IMG/VR virus record: IMGVR_UViG_3300030207_002618
Coordinates: 1 to 59,469 of that record
Length of the DNA: 59,469 nucleotides
Strand: one strand, 5' to 3'
From: a virus
Lineage: Duplodnaviria; Caudoviricetes
The translations under genes and the position numbers were made by a program. Positions 14,990-24,991 of this stretch are shown here, piece by piece (position 1 is the stretch's first letter; each line of letters opens with the position of its first letter). The notes beneath the pieces were generated by a model. The model was not told the DNA's origin, searched no databases, and saw only the letters and a program-made list of their open reading frames with translations.

Positions 14990-15373
14990 TCAGTATTGCC
15001 TCTGTGCCATTGGATTCGGCGGAGTAGCAGCAGATTGCCTAAATGCAGCTTCTTTTGCAGCATGTTCAGCAGCAGCCATTTGACTAAGACCAGCACCAAT
15101 AGTTGCGCCAGCACCACCAAGAGCCAATGCTTTAGCGCCTCCAGCCCCAGCCATTCCCAGTGAAGCGGCCAATGAAGGCGAAGCTGCACCTGCTGTTGCA
15201 ACAGTGGCTAAAGCTGCAAGACCAATACCAATACCTGTAAGAATATTCTTTTTGGTTTTTTGCTTAGTCGCGCCACTGCGAAGTCGGTCAAGTTCAGAGC
15301 GGGGCCTACTGGAGTCAGTTCCAGTTGAACCGCGCATGCCTTGTCCGCCTGGACCCAGGTTATCAGCAGGCAT
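14990..15373 (-). CDS. Gly/Ala-rich putative membrane or virion protein
   Basis: Hydrophobic ILTGIGIGLAALATVATAG segment; TAATG coupling. Confidence 0.6.
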   Translation of the reverse strand: MPADNLGPGGQGMRGSTGTDSSRPRSELDRLRSGATKQKTKKNILTGIGIGLAALATVATAGAASPSLAASLGMAGAGGAKALALGGAGATIGAGLSQMAAAEHAAKEAAFRQSAATPPNPMAQRQY

Positions 15374-15720
15374 TAGGCATCTCGCACAATGTATTCAACA
15401 TTACAAAATGTGTACTCTTTGCCTTGAGATTGAACTACTGCAAAGCGATTAGAGCCACATTTAAATGCAATTTGTTGGTATGCATTGTTGTAAGCCAATT
15501 GGTCATCAAACTTAAGTTCAAGTCGATCACTCGGTGTGACTACAATCATCTTGTACTCAGGCGCTTTTGGTTGCTGGACCTTGGGTGGTCGTCCTGGTCG
15601 TCGAACAGGTTGAGCATTGCTAATGTCTTTGACTGGATCGTCTTTTACAGTAACTTTTGCAGTTTTACGAACACCACTAGACTTCTTTGGTGCGGCAGGC
15701 TTCTTTTTCGGTGCGGGCAT
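15373..15720 (-). CDS. Hypothetical protein with basic N-terminus and AT-hook-like RPGRPPK
   Basis: SD GAGG; Lys/Pro-rich N-terminus. Confidence 0.65.
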   Translation of the reverse strand: MPAPKKKPAAPKKSSGVRKTAKVTVKDDPVKDISNAQPVRRPGRPPKVQQPKAPEYKMIVVTPSDRLELKFDDQLAYNNAYQQIAFKCGSNRFAVVQSQGKEYTFCNVEYIVRDA

Positions 15721-15833
15721 TTTTACCTCGTTAGGTTTTAAAAAATAGACATTAACATTTATCTGTTAAGCTACCTACATAGTTGGTAACACATAGTTAC
15801 AGGCGTTAGTAACCCGTTGAATAGGTGTCAAGC

Positions 15834-16115
15834 ATGTCAGACCAATCCAAGCCAACAGTAGATCCTCGGTTCTCTCTACAATCTTACCAGGGTATTATTC
15901 ATGTTTGTGAAGACGTGTTGAAAAACTATCGTACAGGAATTCTAGAAAAGAAAGACGTAGACGCAATTATGTCGATTGTTACTGTATCTAGGCAGACCCT
16001 TTCTGACAAAAGTAGGTATTCACAAAAAAAGAATCCCGCTACGCCAGAAGCAGACGTTTCTCAAACGCTTACATCAAACGGTCCGTTTAATGTTTTTAAT
16101 GGCGGTATTAAATGA
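15834..16115 (+). CDS. Hypothetical protein, possible terminase small subunit
   Basis: Position directly upstream of and overlapping terL; no motif recognised. Confidence 0.45.
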   Translation: MSDQSKPTVDPRFSLQSYQGIIHVCEDVLKNYRTGILEKKDVDAIMSIVTVSRQTLSDKSRYSQKKNPATPEADVSQTLTSNGPFNVFNGGIK

Positions 16116-17743
16116 GTTCCCAGGGTGGGCTTATACTTCCAAATCAAAAAGGTTTTTGGGATCCTGAAAAGTACTGCCACTTAAATAAAATAAGAGCTAA
16201 AAGTGGTGCGCTTGTTCCCTTTCAATTGTGGGATCATCAAAGAATTTTGGCTGCCGCAGTTAGGCAATGCTACCAAGATAATAAGTGGTTGGTTCATGTA
16301 AAACCAAGGCAGGAAGGTAGCAGCACTTTCTTTACGTGCGTTGCAACACAACATGCAATGTTTAGAAAAGGTTGTCGCGTTGGTCTTCTTGCACACAAAA
16401 AACAAATGGCACAAAACCTTTCAGAGATGGCCGTTCGTTTTCACAGGCATATGCCCGATTCTTTAAAACCAAAAAAGACAACAGGATTAAAAAGAACATT
16501 AGAGTTTCCGGGTTTAGACAGTCGAATGGTTGTCGCTTCTGTCAAAGATGAAGAGCCTCTTCGTGGTGAGACCGTTCAAGTACTAATGGCGACTGAGATT
16601 TCTGCTTGGTCAGAGGTTGCTGGACCAGAAGCATGGACATCCGCATTAAACGCTGTTCCAAGTAATGGTGGTTTTGTTATTGCAGAATCAACGCCCAGGT
16701 ATCATGGAGATCAGCTTCATGAGCTTTGTATGGACTCAGAAAACCCCCACAGTAAGTGGATGAAGGTTTTTGTTCCTTGGACTTTTGTAAATGAGTATTC
16801 AGTTCAACCACCGCCTGGGTGGAAACCAGATTCTCTTATTAGAGAATACTCAGATCAAAATAATCTGACAGCAGCACAAGCGTTTTGGATGCAAACAGAA
16901 GGTCTACAAAAGTGCCGAAATAATATAGAAAAGTTCAGGGCTGAGTATCCGGTAAACGAACTAGACTGCTGGGTTTTAGCTGGAGAGTCCATATTTAACA
17001 CAATGAAGCTGATGGACATGCTGAACTTAGTAGACAAAGGCACCGGACTAAATGCAGAAACAGAACCATACGTTGAGTTTTCTGCTCCAAAAGAAAAAAA
17101 CAGATACTTAATATTTTGCGACCCAGCAGGATCTTGGTCACAAAGAGACATGTTTGGAGTTCAAATCATAGATATTGATAACTGTGAACAAGTTGCGGAG
17201 TACTTGGGACACAACGAAGCATTTAAGATGTCAGACAACTTGATAAAGTGGTCTAAAAAATATAATGATGCTCGAATTTATATTGAAGCAAACGGTGTTG
17301 GCGAAGCAGTTCTTTCGCACCTTTTAGCGTCTGGCTGCCGAAACATTTACCACAGAAAAGCAAGCATGAACTATAAAGGTAGCAGCACAAGAATCCCTGG
17401 TTGGTACTCAACTGCTAAAAGCAAAGCGCAAGCAATTAGTTTTTTGCAGGAAATTATTGATGACTCTTCTCTTGTTCTTCATTCAACAAGATGTATTCGT
17501 CAGCTAATTAATTATCGTGGACAGTGGGATAAGCTTGCCCGAGATTCTTCTGGTGGTCACTACGATTTAGCTGCATCCATGGCTGGAGCAGCCTGGGCCT
17601 GGAGAGTTGAAATTGGCGCTAAGTGGGAAAATAGAAAAATGTCAGATAGAGATATTGCCAATAAAAACTGGAAACGATTAATGAACAGAATCGATAAAGC
17701 ATCTACAATAGGTGCCAACAGTCCTTGGGGTACCCACAGATGA
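16112..17743 (+). CDS. terL: Terminase large subunit
   Basis: KPRQEGSST Walker A variant, VLMATE Walker B, AESTP coupling motif, nuclease DPAG...IEANGVG...HYDL. Confidence 0.9.
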   Translation: MSSQGGLILPNQKGFWDPEKYCHLNKIRAKSGALVPFQLWDHQRILAAAVRQCYQDNKWLVHVKPRQEGSSTFFTCVATQHAMFRKGCRVGLLAHKKQMAQNLSEMAVRFHRHMPDSLKPKKTTGLKRTLEFPGLDSRMVVASVKDEEPLRGETVQVLMATEISAWSEVAGPEAWTSALNAVPSNGGFVIAESTPRYHGDQLHELCMDSENPHSKWMKVFVPWTFVNEYSVQPPPGWKPDSLIREYSDQNNLTAAQAFWMQTEGLQKCRNNIEKFRAEYPVNELDCWVLAGESIFNTMKLMDMLNLVDKGTGLNAETEPYVEFSAPKEKNRYLIFCDPAGSWSQRDMFGVQIIDIDNCEQVAEYLGHNEAFKMSDNLIKWSKKYNDARIYIEANGVGEAVLSHLLASGCRNIYHRKASMNYKGSSTRIPGWYSTAKSKAQAISFLQEIIDDSSLVLHSTRCIRQLINYRGQWDKLARDSSGGHYDLAASMAGAAWAWRVEIGAKWENRKMSDRDIANKNWKRLMNRIDKASTIGANSPWGTHR

Positions 17744-19491
17744 ATACATACGATGAACTTCAACAGGTATCAAAAGAAGAGCGGGAAGTAACGCGACTTG
17801 CTACTTTGGTTGCCCAGACAGAAGAAAACTTTCAAAAGCACCGCGCTGAAGAACTAATCAGAAATCTTGCTTACTATCGTGGTGAGTTTTGGATGGGCGA
17901 TGGTTACTCAGTGGGAACTGCACAAGACTCTGCACGACACTACACGGCTATTCAAAATGAAGTCTTTCCGATTATTGATACAATTGCATCGTCTCTTGCG
18001 ATGGACTTGCCTCAAGTTGAGGCGCTTGACCAAAGGGAAACGTCGTACAAAGTACCGTCCCGAAACCAAGACCCCACTTATGCCGGAAAGCGTGTTGCGT
18101 CTGCATTAAATTATTTTGCAGAAGAAGACTCATTAGATGAAAGTTTGCGCGAGCTTATCTTGCATGCGCTTATTTTTGATATGAGCGTAATTAAAGTAAT
18201 GTGGTCTTCAGACCTTGGGCGACCAATCTGGAGAACAAAGCTTCCGTGGGAAGTTCATTTTGATCCAAACGCAAAACGCATTGAAGATGCAATGTGGTGT
18301 TTTGAACGATTTGTCATCCACATGGAAGATTTAAAGTCTCGCATTGAATCCGGCGTATACAGCCAGCCTAAGAAGACAATTAAGGGAGACACTTACCCAA
18401 GAAGCCTTGTCTATAACCAAATGAAGGATGAGGCTGAAATTAAGCTTAGAGAGGCTGGACTAAAAGAGTATGTTTCTTTAGTTGAGTTTTGGGACTTTAA
18501 ACACAACAAGCTTTACCATATGCACCCAGACACTAAGCAGGTGCTTATGGAGTCAGAGATTCCTTATGGTCGTCCATACGAAGTATTGGTCTTCCATCCG
18601 GGTATTGGTCGTATTCGTGGAATTTCAGATGTAACCCTTGTTGCCCCGATTCAGCGAGACATCAATGAGCTTGTAAGTGCCCGTCGAGAAGTTGTTGCTC
18701 GTTTGCCTCGCCGCATGATGATTGATTCAAAGCTATTTCGTTCAGATGATGAGTTTGAGCGATTTAAGAATGCTCGAACGTGGGAGCCTACGTTGGTCCA
18801 AGGGCCACCAGATGGAACTATTGATCAGCACATTTTTGTTAGTCCAGAAATGCCTACGACGTTTGACTTCAATCAGCACCTTGGACAATCTGTAGACTCT
18901 ATTCGTTGGCTGCCTGGAATGGCGGATTATCAACAAGGTCAGGTCCGTAATATCCGAACGGCAGCAGAAGCAAATATGATTCGATCAGCTATTGAGGGTC
19001 GTTTAGCAATTCGATCTAGAAAAGTTGTTCGTGTAGTTACGACTATGTTTAGAAAAGCGTTGGATTCCTTTAAGTGGGCGCTTGCACACAAAGAAGTCTC
19101 TGGAATTGAGATAGACAAAATTTCACGATTTGTGCAAGATGATGTTGATCCAAGAACATTTGAAAACGAAATTTTAAACAAGTCTCCTAAGTTCCGCTTG
19201 CTTCCGTTTAGCCCGCTTATGGAGGATAAGATTACTCGACGACGACATCTTATCGATCTTATTCAATACCTCTCATCCGCTGGTCCAATGTCAGAAGCAA
19301 TCGACCAAAGCGAACTTGCAAGAGAAATTGTAGACTCATTTGGATTCCGACCATCGCTCGTCAAGAAAGATGCGCCATTAGAGTCTATGGGACAAGAAGA
19401 GGAACCAATCGATCCTGCATCAGCAATTGAAGATATGGCCGCTATGGGGGCAAACCCAATGATGGGAATGCCCGGTATGCCTGAAAATTAG
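17740..19491 (+). CDS. Portal protein
   Basis: Follows terL; ~580 aa; PWEVHFDPNA, GISDV..VAPIQRDIN, RTAAEA motifs typical of P22-like portals. Confidence 0.85.
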   Translation: MNTYDELQQVSKEEREVTRLATLVAQTEENFQKHRAEELIRNLAYYRGEFWMGDGYSVGTAQDSARHYTAIQNEVFPIIDTIASSLAMDLPQVEALDQRETSYKVPSRNQDPTYAGKRVASALNYFAEEDSLDESLRELILHALIFDMSVIKVMWSSDLGRPIWRTKLPWEVHFDPNAKRIEDAMWCFERFVIHMEDLKSRIESGVYSQPKKTIKGDTYPRSLVYNQMKDEAEIKLREAGLKEYVSLVEFWDFKHNKLYHMHPDTKQVLMESEIPYGRPYEVLVFHPGIGRIRGISDVTLVAPIQRDINELVSARREVVARLPRRMMIDSKLFRSDDEFERFKNARTWEPTLVQGPPDGTIDQHIFVSPEMPTTFDFNQHLGQSVDSIRWLPGMADYQQGQVRNIRTAAEANMIRSAIEGRLAIRSRKVVRVVTTMFRKALDSFKWALAHKEVSGIEIDKISRFVQDDVDPRTFENEILNKSPKFRLLPFSPLMEDKITRRRHLIDLIQYLSSAGPMSEAIDQSELAREIVDSFGFRPSLVKKDAPLESMGQEEEPIDPASAIEDMAAMGANPMMGMPGMPEN

Positions 19492-19502
19492 GAGATAAAA
19501 TA

Positions 19503-19901
19503 ATGCCAGGTATAAACTTCCACGATTTAGCAAAGAAAGCGAACTCTGGAGATAAAGAAGCACTTTCAATCTTAGTGATTGAAGCGCCCCCAGGAATGAT
19601 GTCAGACATGAGTCCAGAGGATTTTGCAAAGATGATTTCCGAAGACAAGTCAATGGCAGAAAAAATGGGAGGTATGGATCACTTCTCTAAAGACTCATAC
19701 GATGCTTATGCAGATAAAAAAGATGAAAGCCACTCTGAAAAGAAGTACCCAGATGATCATCACGAAGCGATGAAGCAAATGGCTGAAGAGTTGTATAAAG
19801 CATCAAAGCTTCATGCCGGTCAGGCAGACAAGCTTATGGAAATCTGCGAAGAACTTTATGGCGACTCTAAGTCAGAAAAGTCAGAAGGTAGCGACTACTA
19901 A
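19503..19901 (+). CDS. Hypothetical protein
   Basis: SD AGGAG; 132 aa. Confidence 0.65.
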   Translation: MPGINFHDLAKKANSGDKEALSILVIEAPPGMMSDMSPEDFAKMISEDKSMAEKMGGMDHFSKDSYDAYADKKDESHSEKKYPDDHHEAMKQMAEELYKASKLHAGQADKLMEICEELYGDSKSEKSEGSDY

Positions 19902-19902
19902 T

Positions 19903-20418
19903 ATGCCAATGTTTATGTACGAATGTTCTTCTTGCTCAAGCAAGTTTGAGGAACTGTTCCTTTCTCCAGGGGCAGAGACTGATCAAGCTGATTGCCATTC
20001 TTGTGGTAGTAAAGCTAATAAATGTGGAGTTCAAAGGTTTACTCATGTTGGACCGGTATTCGAGGGACTTGATGACTACTCAATTGCTTTTGGTAAAGAA
20101 GTAAAGACATACAAAGACATTAAGAAAATTGAAGAAGAAAATGGCTGGTCAAGAATGACTCGTGATTCTCAGAAGTACAAAGACTATGTTTCAAATAGTA
20201 AACAAGAAATGTACGAAATGGGTGAGGCATACAACAAAGGAAGTCATGTTGGGCTTGCTGATCACATTACAAAAAAAGAAATCCAAGATGGTACAGGCTG
20301 GTCGGACCACAAGTACCAAACCTGGAAGGCAAAATCAGACCAAGCAGAATCATTTGCTAAATCTGGAAATATTGACATTTCGCAAAAAGCAACCGCTAAA
20401 CCAAAGTCTGTAGACTAA
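19903..20418 (+). CDS. FmdB-like zinc-ribbon protein
   Basis: MP.F.YECSSC...FEEL...CHSCGS. Confidence 0.7.
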   Translation: MPMFMYECSSCSSKFEELFLSPGAETDQADCHSCGSKANKCGVQRFTHVGPVFEGLDDYSIAFGKEVKTYKDIKKIEEENGWSRMTRDSQKYKDYVSNSKQEMYEMGEAYNKGSHVGLADHITKKEIQDGTGWSDHKYQTWKAKSDQAESFAKSGNIDISQKATAKPKSVD

Positions 20419-20427
20419 GGAAGTAAT

Positions 20428-20952
20428 ATGATCCCTTCAGCAGAAGAACTCGCAACGATGCCCTTAGATCAGCTTGAAACAATGCTGATGGAAGAGAGTC
20501 AAAAGCTGAGTGATTTACTCGCAACCGGTGGGCCGGAAACTATTCCAGCAGCGCCCCCAATGGAAGAACCCATGGCCGACCCAATGCCACCAGCAGATAT
20601 GATGGAGGAAGAAGCTATTCCAGATATGGCAGTTTCTCCGATTATGAACGATGAAGTACCTTTAGATATGCTTTCTCCAGACATTATTCAGTCTGCAACT
20701 ACTGCTTTAGTTGAGGCTGGCTTTTTGGATAAAGCAACTAATCAAATGTCTCCTGAGCTAATTCAGGTAATGCAAGGGGTAGCTGACTTGCTATCCCCAG
20801 GAATCTACAACTTAAATAACGACTCAGACCTTATGGAGTTTGTCAATGGAATCTCAAACGGAACAGTCCCAATTACAGCCCTCGACGGAGCAGCCCCTGG
20901 ACCAGCAGGTGGAGAGCCAGCCAACATTGGACCTGCCGGACCAGCCCTCTAA
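20428..20952 (+). CDS. Acidic Pro/Met-rich head-associated protein
   Basis: SD AAGGA; position in head operon. Confidence 0.6.
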   Translation: MIPSAEELATMPLDQLETMLMEESQKLSDLLATGGPETIPAAPPMEEPMADPMPPADMMEEEAIPDMAVSPIMNDEVPLDMLSPDIIQSATTALVEAGFLDKATNQMSPELIQVMQGVADLLSPGIYNLNNDSDLMEFVNGISNGTVPITALDGAAPGPAGGEPANIGPAGPAL

Positions 20953-21721
20953 TGATTTAGATTCTTTAGAAGTTACTGGAACCGATGAAGGTTCTGAGCA
21001 GTCTTTAATTAATGCCGCTGAAGACAACCCTGACCTTTTGTCTGATCAGGAGACCCAGCAAGCAGAAGATGCTCCTCAAGAGCAACAATCTTTTGACTAC
21101 AATAATATTAATGACATTGATGTTTCTGCTTTATCAGATGACGTTCGTGCTCATGTAGAGCCTATTTTAAATCTTGTTCGACAAGAAACATCTTTATTAA
21201 ATGCAGAAAAAGAAGCTTTTGAAAATGCACGAAAAGAGTTCACCGAACTTATCGATGCTATGGAAAGCTCTGGATATGACGTAAAGCCTTTACAGAATCG
21301 TATCGATGAACAAAACGACTTCATCGAAAACATGTCTACAGACATGATTGACACCGCTTGGCAGGCTTTTACATCTACGCACCCCGAGTATGACAATGTT
21401 CCTGACAATGCACGACTGCTTTTTTCTCAAGAACTTGAACGTTTATTTGAGCGTCATGATGGAAAAACAGTCTTAGATCGAATGAATAATGCATATGATT
21501 ATGCTTTATGGCGGTCTGGGGTTGACAAGAAAACCCTTTCAGGGCAAAAAAGTGTTACTGTTTCTAACGAAACAACAAAACCTCGCGTCGAGAATAAGAA
21601 TGCTCCTAAACAAGCAGTCATTGCAGATGGACGAATCGCGACAAGCGCACCAATCCGAAGCGTTGACCAACTTGATTGGGGAGAAGTTTTAGATCGTCAC
21701 GCACATCTCTTGGACAGATAA
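20846..21721 (+). CDS. Putative scaffolding protein
   Basis: Acidic, disordered N-terminus and coiled coil, immediately upstream of capsid gene. Confidence 0.65.
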   Translation: MESQTEQSQLQPSTEQPLDQQVESQPTLDLPDQPSNDLDSLEVTGTDEGSEQSLINAAEDNPDLLSDQETQQAEDAPQEQQSFDYNNINDIDVSALSDDVRAHVEPILNLVRQETSLLNAEKEAFENARKEFTELIDAMESSGYDVKPLQNRIDEQNDFIENMSTDMIDTAWQAFTSTHPEYDNVPDNARLLFSQELERLFERHDGKTVLDRMNNAYDYALWRSGVDKKTLSGQKSVTVSNETTKPRVENKNAPKQAVIADGRIATSAPIRSVDQLDWGEVLDRHAHLLDR

Positions 21722-21742
21722 ACCCATTTTGGAGACTAAAAC

Positions 21743-22846
21743 ATGGCTCTTTTAGAGTACGCAACACTAACGGTACCGGACGTTGTAAAGAAGTCCGTTG
21801 TCAGCTTCTATAACCGCGATCCTCTTTTGAAGGCTCTGCAAAGCCGAATGCAAGTAAAGCGTTCTGGTGGAACTAACGTTCGCGTTGTCCGCGTTAAGTC
21901 AGGTCACTCTGACGTTGTGGAAATCAACGAAACAAACCTTTCAGTTCCATTGGCAAAGCGTGAAACGCTTAGTTCAATGACTGGTGATTGGGCGAAGTAC
22001 ATCAAGCCCGTCATTCTTCCGCACATCGATCGTGATCGTATGAGCAGCAAGGAAGAGGTAAAGCGTTTTGTTCAAGATGAGTCAAACGCTGCAATGCAGG
22101 CTCTTCGCAATGACGTGACCCGTCAGATCTACCTTGGTAGCGTTTCCAACTTGCTTGGTCTTGCTACACTTAATGGTGCTAAGACTAGCGGTACTGCATC
22201 TGGGTTTGCTAATGGAGCGATTCAGTTCCAAGGTCCAGCAGCACAAGCCACTGAGGGTCTTACGTATCTGAATGAAACTCGTGTTCATGATACTACAAAC
22301 TTCGTTGATAACTGGTTCAACCAGTTTGCTATCGGTACTCCAGGTACAACTTTCCTTCCCGCTGCGGAAGAGTTGAAGATTACTGCCGATACCTACGCTG
22401 ACGACGAAGAGGGAATCTCTCTGGGTATCTTGGGTATTGCTGATCACGTTCTTCTTGGCGATGAAGTCCGCACTACTGGTGTCTCTTCTGGACCACAACT
22501 TATGTACACTGTAGATGACATTACTTCTGGTAAGGCCAACCCTACAGTTCACATTGTGAACGGTGTTCAGTACCATGCAAACCGTTGGATGACCGCTGGT
22601 TCGGTTACTGCATCAGCAGGCAAAGCAGTTGCAAACCCTGTTTACTTGCTTAACCCCAACACGATTCAGTACTGGGTAAACGCGAACAACGACTTCCGGG
22701 TCACTAAGTTCACGGACCACCTTGAGACATCGAACGTGGATGCTGATGTTGGTTACATCATCATGGAAATCCAACTTGCTGTGACCAACCCGATGGCTAA
22801 CGGAGCAGTTGCTACTGCTGCTGTTAAGTCTGGTGATACCCCCTAA
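21743..22846 (+). CDS. Major capsid protein
   Basis: 367 aa, after scaffold, biased codons, followed by terminator; PLL..L, IYLG...GL, YLLN pattern of HK97-fold capsids. Confidence 0.8.
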   Translation: MALLEYATLTVPDVVKKSVVSFYNRDPLLKALQSRMQVKRSGGTNVRVVRVKSGHSDVVEINETNLSVPLAKRETLSSMTGDWAKYIKPVILPHIDRDRMSSKEEVKRFVQDESNAAMQALRNDVTRQIYLGSVSNLLGLATLNGAKTSGTASGFANGAIQFQGPAAQATEGLTYLNETRVHDTTNFVDNWFNQFAIGTPGTTFLPAAEELKITADTYADDEEGISLGILGIADHVLLGDEVRTTGVSSGPQLMYTVDDITSGKANPTVHIVNGVQYHANRWMTAGSVTASAGKAVANPVYLLNPNTIQYWVNANNDFRVTKFTDHLETSNVDADVGYIIMEIQLAVTNPMANGAVATAAVKSGDTP

Positions 22847-22856
22847 TCAATCTATT

Positions 22857-22880
22857 GCCCCCTACGGGGGGCTTCTTTTT
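22857..22880 (+). terminator. Intrinsic terminator after capsid gene
   Basis: GCCCCC-TACG-GGGGGC then TTCTTTTT (UNCG tetraloop). Confidence 0.75.
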
Positions 22881-22891
22881 GGAGACTTCTC

Positions 22892-23368
22892 ATGCCCGTA
22901 CCTGATATGGTTTATCTTAGTACCCCTACGGATACATCGAGCACCGCCTACGGCGTTACTGGTGAAATTCGTGTCCACCTGCATCCGACCTTTGGAATGC
23001 AGTACTACCGTATGATTCAAAACAACCGAGGAAGCGCAATCCCTGCTGGTCAGCTTTGTGCTTTTGACACTGGTAACCCTCTTAAGGTTACTCTTGCTGG
23101 AGCAAGTACACTTGCTGCTTCTTGTGCCGGTGTCGCTGTTGTTGAGATTCCTGACGGTTACTACGGTTGGGTTGTTTGCCGAGGCCAAGTAAGTGCTGAC
23201 GCAAGCGGAACAACTGTTGCTGGCGAAATGTGTCGTCCTGTTGCTGGTGGTCAAATTACCGCTGATGCAACGCCAAGTAGCTCTGTTGAAGCCGCTCAAA
23301 TTATTGGGTTCTGGCCAGAAGGCAGTGCTGGTTCTGGTCTCAAGACTGCATACATGACTATTATCTGA
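22892..23368 (+). CDS. Capsid cement/decoration protein
   Basis: GVAVVEIPDGYYGWV..RG motif; follows capsid gene. Confidence 0.65.
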   Translation: MPVPDMVYLSTPTDTSSTAYGVTGEIRVHLHPTFGMQYYRMIQNNRGSAIPAGQLCAFDTGNPLKVTLAGASTLAASCAGVAVVEIPDGYYGWVVCRGQVSADASGTTVAGEMCRPVAGGQITADATPSSSVEAAQIIGFWPEGSAGSGLKTAYMTII

Positions 23369-23389
23369 TAATAATAGCGACCTGCTAAG

Positions 23390-23428
23390 ATCCCCTAAGA
23401 GTGGTATGCTCTTAGGGGATTCTTTTTT
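23390..23428 (+). terminator. Intrinsic terminator
   Basis: ATCCCCTAAGAG/CTCTTAGGGGAT 12-bp stem plus T-tract. Confidence 0.8.
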
Positions 23429-23440
23429 ATAGAGGTTGAT

Positions 23441-24991
23441 GTGAACTTAGCTGAAATTAGAGAAGCTATTCGAGTAAAGACTGGCTACCCGGAACGAGGA
23501 AAAGCTGGAACAGACAGGTTGAACAACACAATCAACCAGTCGTTACGAACTTTGTGGGGTGAAATACCAGAAGTTTTGCTTAAGTGCGAGCATCGTCTTC
23601 AGCTTGAACCGCCTCGATCACTCACAGTCGCTAGAGATTCAAATGATCCAAAGGTTCTGGTTGCCCCACGCATAACCAGTGTTGCCGATGCTCCATTCTC
23701 ACCCGCTGAAGTTGAAAACAAGGTACTAAGCGCAAGATATGTTGAGTGGAACCACAATGGAAGGTGGTACCAAAGACGTATTGCAGAAGTCTACCTGCTT
23801 GGACAAGAGCCAGAGATTATGCCAGTCATTGTAGTTACTGAGCCAATACCGATAGAGGCTGCTAGCAGAACTACATTTATGAACTGCAACATATATACGT
23901 ATGAATACCCGTATGATGCAGATATTCAGTCTATTAAGCGAATCGTAAAGAACCCCGAATCAAACCCACGAGAGATACCAATCTCCGCTGTAGGGGGAGA
24001 GCTTAGTGGAGTAAAGATTAGCAACGGTTGGCAAAGCACTGGCCAGATTCAGTACTACGCAAGAGGCGACTTTTATCAGCAACCTGCTCCACACTATAAA
24101 CCTGAACTTAGCGCCACTGTCCGCCATGGCCCCTTTGAAAAGTGGGGATATGAGATAGGCTCAGGAGGCTTACCTGCAAATGAAAAAGTAGCGTATGGTC
24201 AGGCAGGAACTTTTTCTTATAAGGTCTGCCATGTTTGGGGTCGATTCCCCGAAGATATGCGTCAGATTGATGGTGGGGCAGATAATCCAGATGTCGGCTA
24301 TCCATACTACATTTCATCACCTTCTCAAGAGTCAGATAAAGCCTCAACAACCTGGGGTGGTCCTGCTATTGAAATAAGCCTTCCAGACATAGACTATATT
24401 TACGGGTACGGACAAGACAACACTATTAAGTCTTATCAAAAGTCTGGTATTGAAAAGTGGATCTTTAGGGCTCGACACGAAACCAATACAGATGTTGCTC
24501 CGGGTGCTGTCGGAAGTCGAAACAGCAAGATTATGGAGGATGATGGCATCTATTACTTGTGGAAGGTTGTCGATGCAGAAACCACTTCTTTGTACGATGC
24601 AGGTCAAATGGACCCAGTTTCACGTAGGTACCCTCTGAAGGAGTTCATGGGCCACTATCACATTCGATTTGATAAGAGACCATCAAGCAAAGACCAGATT
24701 CTTATCTCATGTACACGACGACCACCGTTGCTTAAGAATGACAGTGATAGTCCAAACCTTCCACCTGAGTGCTATGGTTGCATTATTGAACTTGCATGCT
24801 CCTACTTGCTTGGTGATCGAGATGGAGACTTAAAAAGAAAGGGTCTATACTATGATGCCCACCTTATGGAGCTTCAAAAGCTTAAAAGAATGTACTCATT
24901 TTCTGGTCATGAGAGGCCAGCATTTGGAAATGGAATCAGTAGCATGAGCTACTTTAGGACCGGAGACTATCCAGTAACGGAGAAAACCTGA
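23441..24991 (+). CDS. Head-tail adaptor / tail tubular protein A-like, with large insertion
   Basis: MNLAEIREAIR...LNNTIN N-terminus and L..DSD.P.LP.E....I...A C-terminus typical of podovirus adaptors. Confidence 0.6.
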   Translation: MNLAEIREAIRVKTGYPERGKAGTDRLNNTINQSLRTLWGEIPEVLLKCEHRLQLEPPRSLTVARDSNDPKVLVAPRITSVADAPFSPAEVENKVLSARYVEWNHNGRWYQRRIAEVYLLGQEPEIMPVIVVTEPIPIEAASRTTFMNCNIYTYEYPYDADIQSIKRIVKNPESNPREIPISAVGGELSGVKISNGWQSTGQIQYYARGDFYQQPAPHYKPELSATVRHGPFEKWGYEIGSGGLPANEKVAYGQAGTFSYKVCHVWGRFPEDMRQIDGGADNPDVGYPYYISSPSQESDKASTTWGGPAIEISLPDIDYIYGYGQDNTIKSYQKSGIEKWIFRARHETNTDVAPGAVGSRNSKIMEDDGIYYLWKVVDAETTSLYDAGQMDPVSRRYPLKEFMGHYHIRFDKRPSSKDQILISCTRRPPLLKNDSDSPNLPPECYGCIIELACSYLLGDRDGDLKRKGLYYDAHLMELQKLKRMYSFSGHERPAFGNGISSMSYFRTGDYPVTEKT

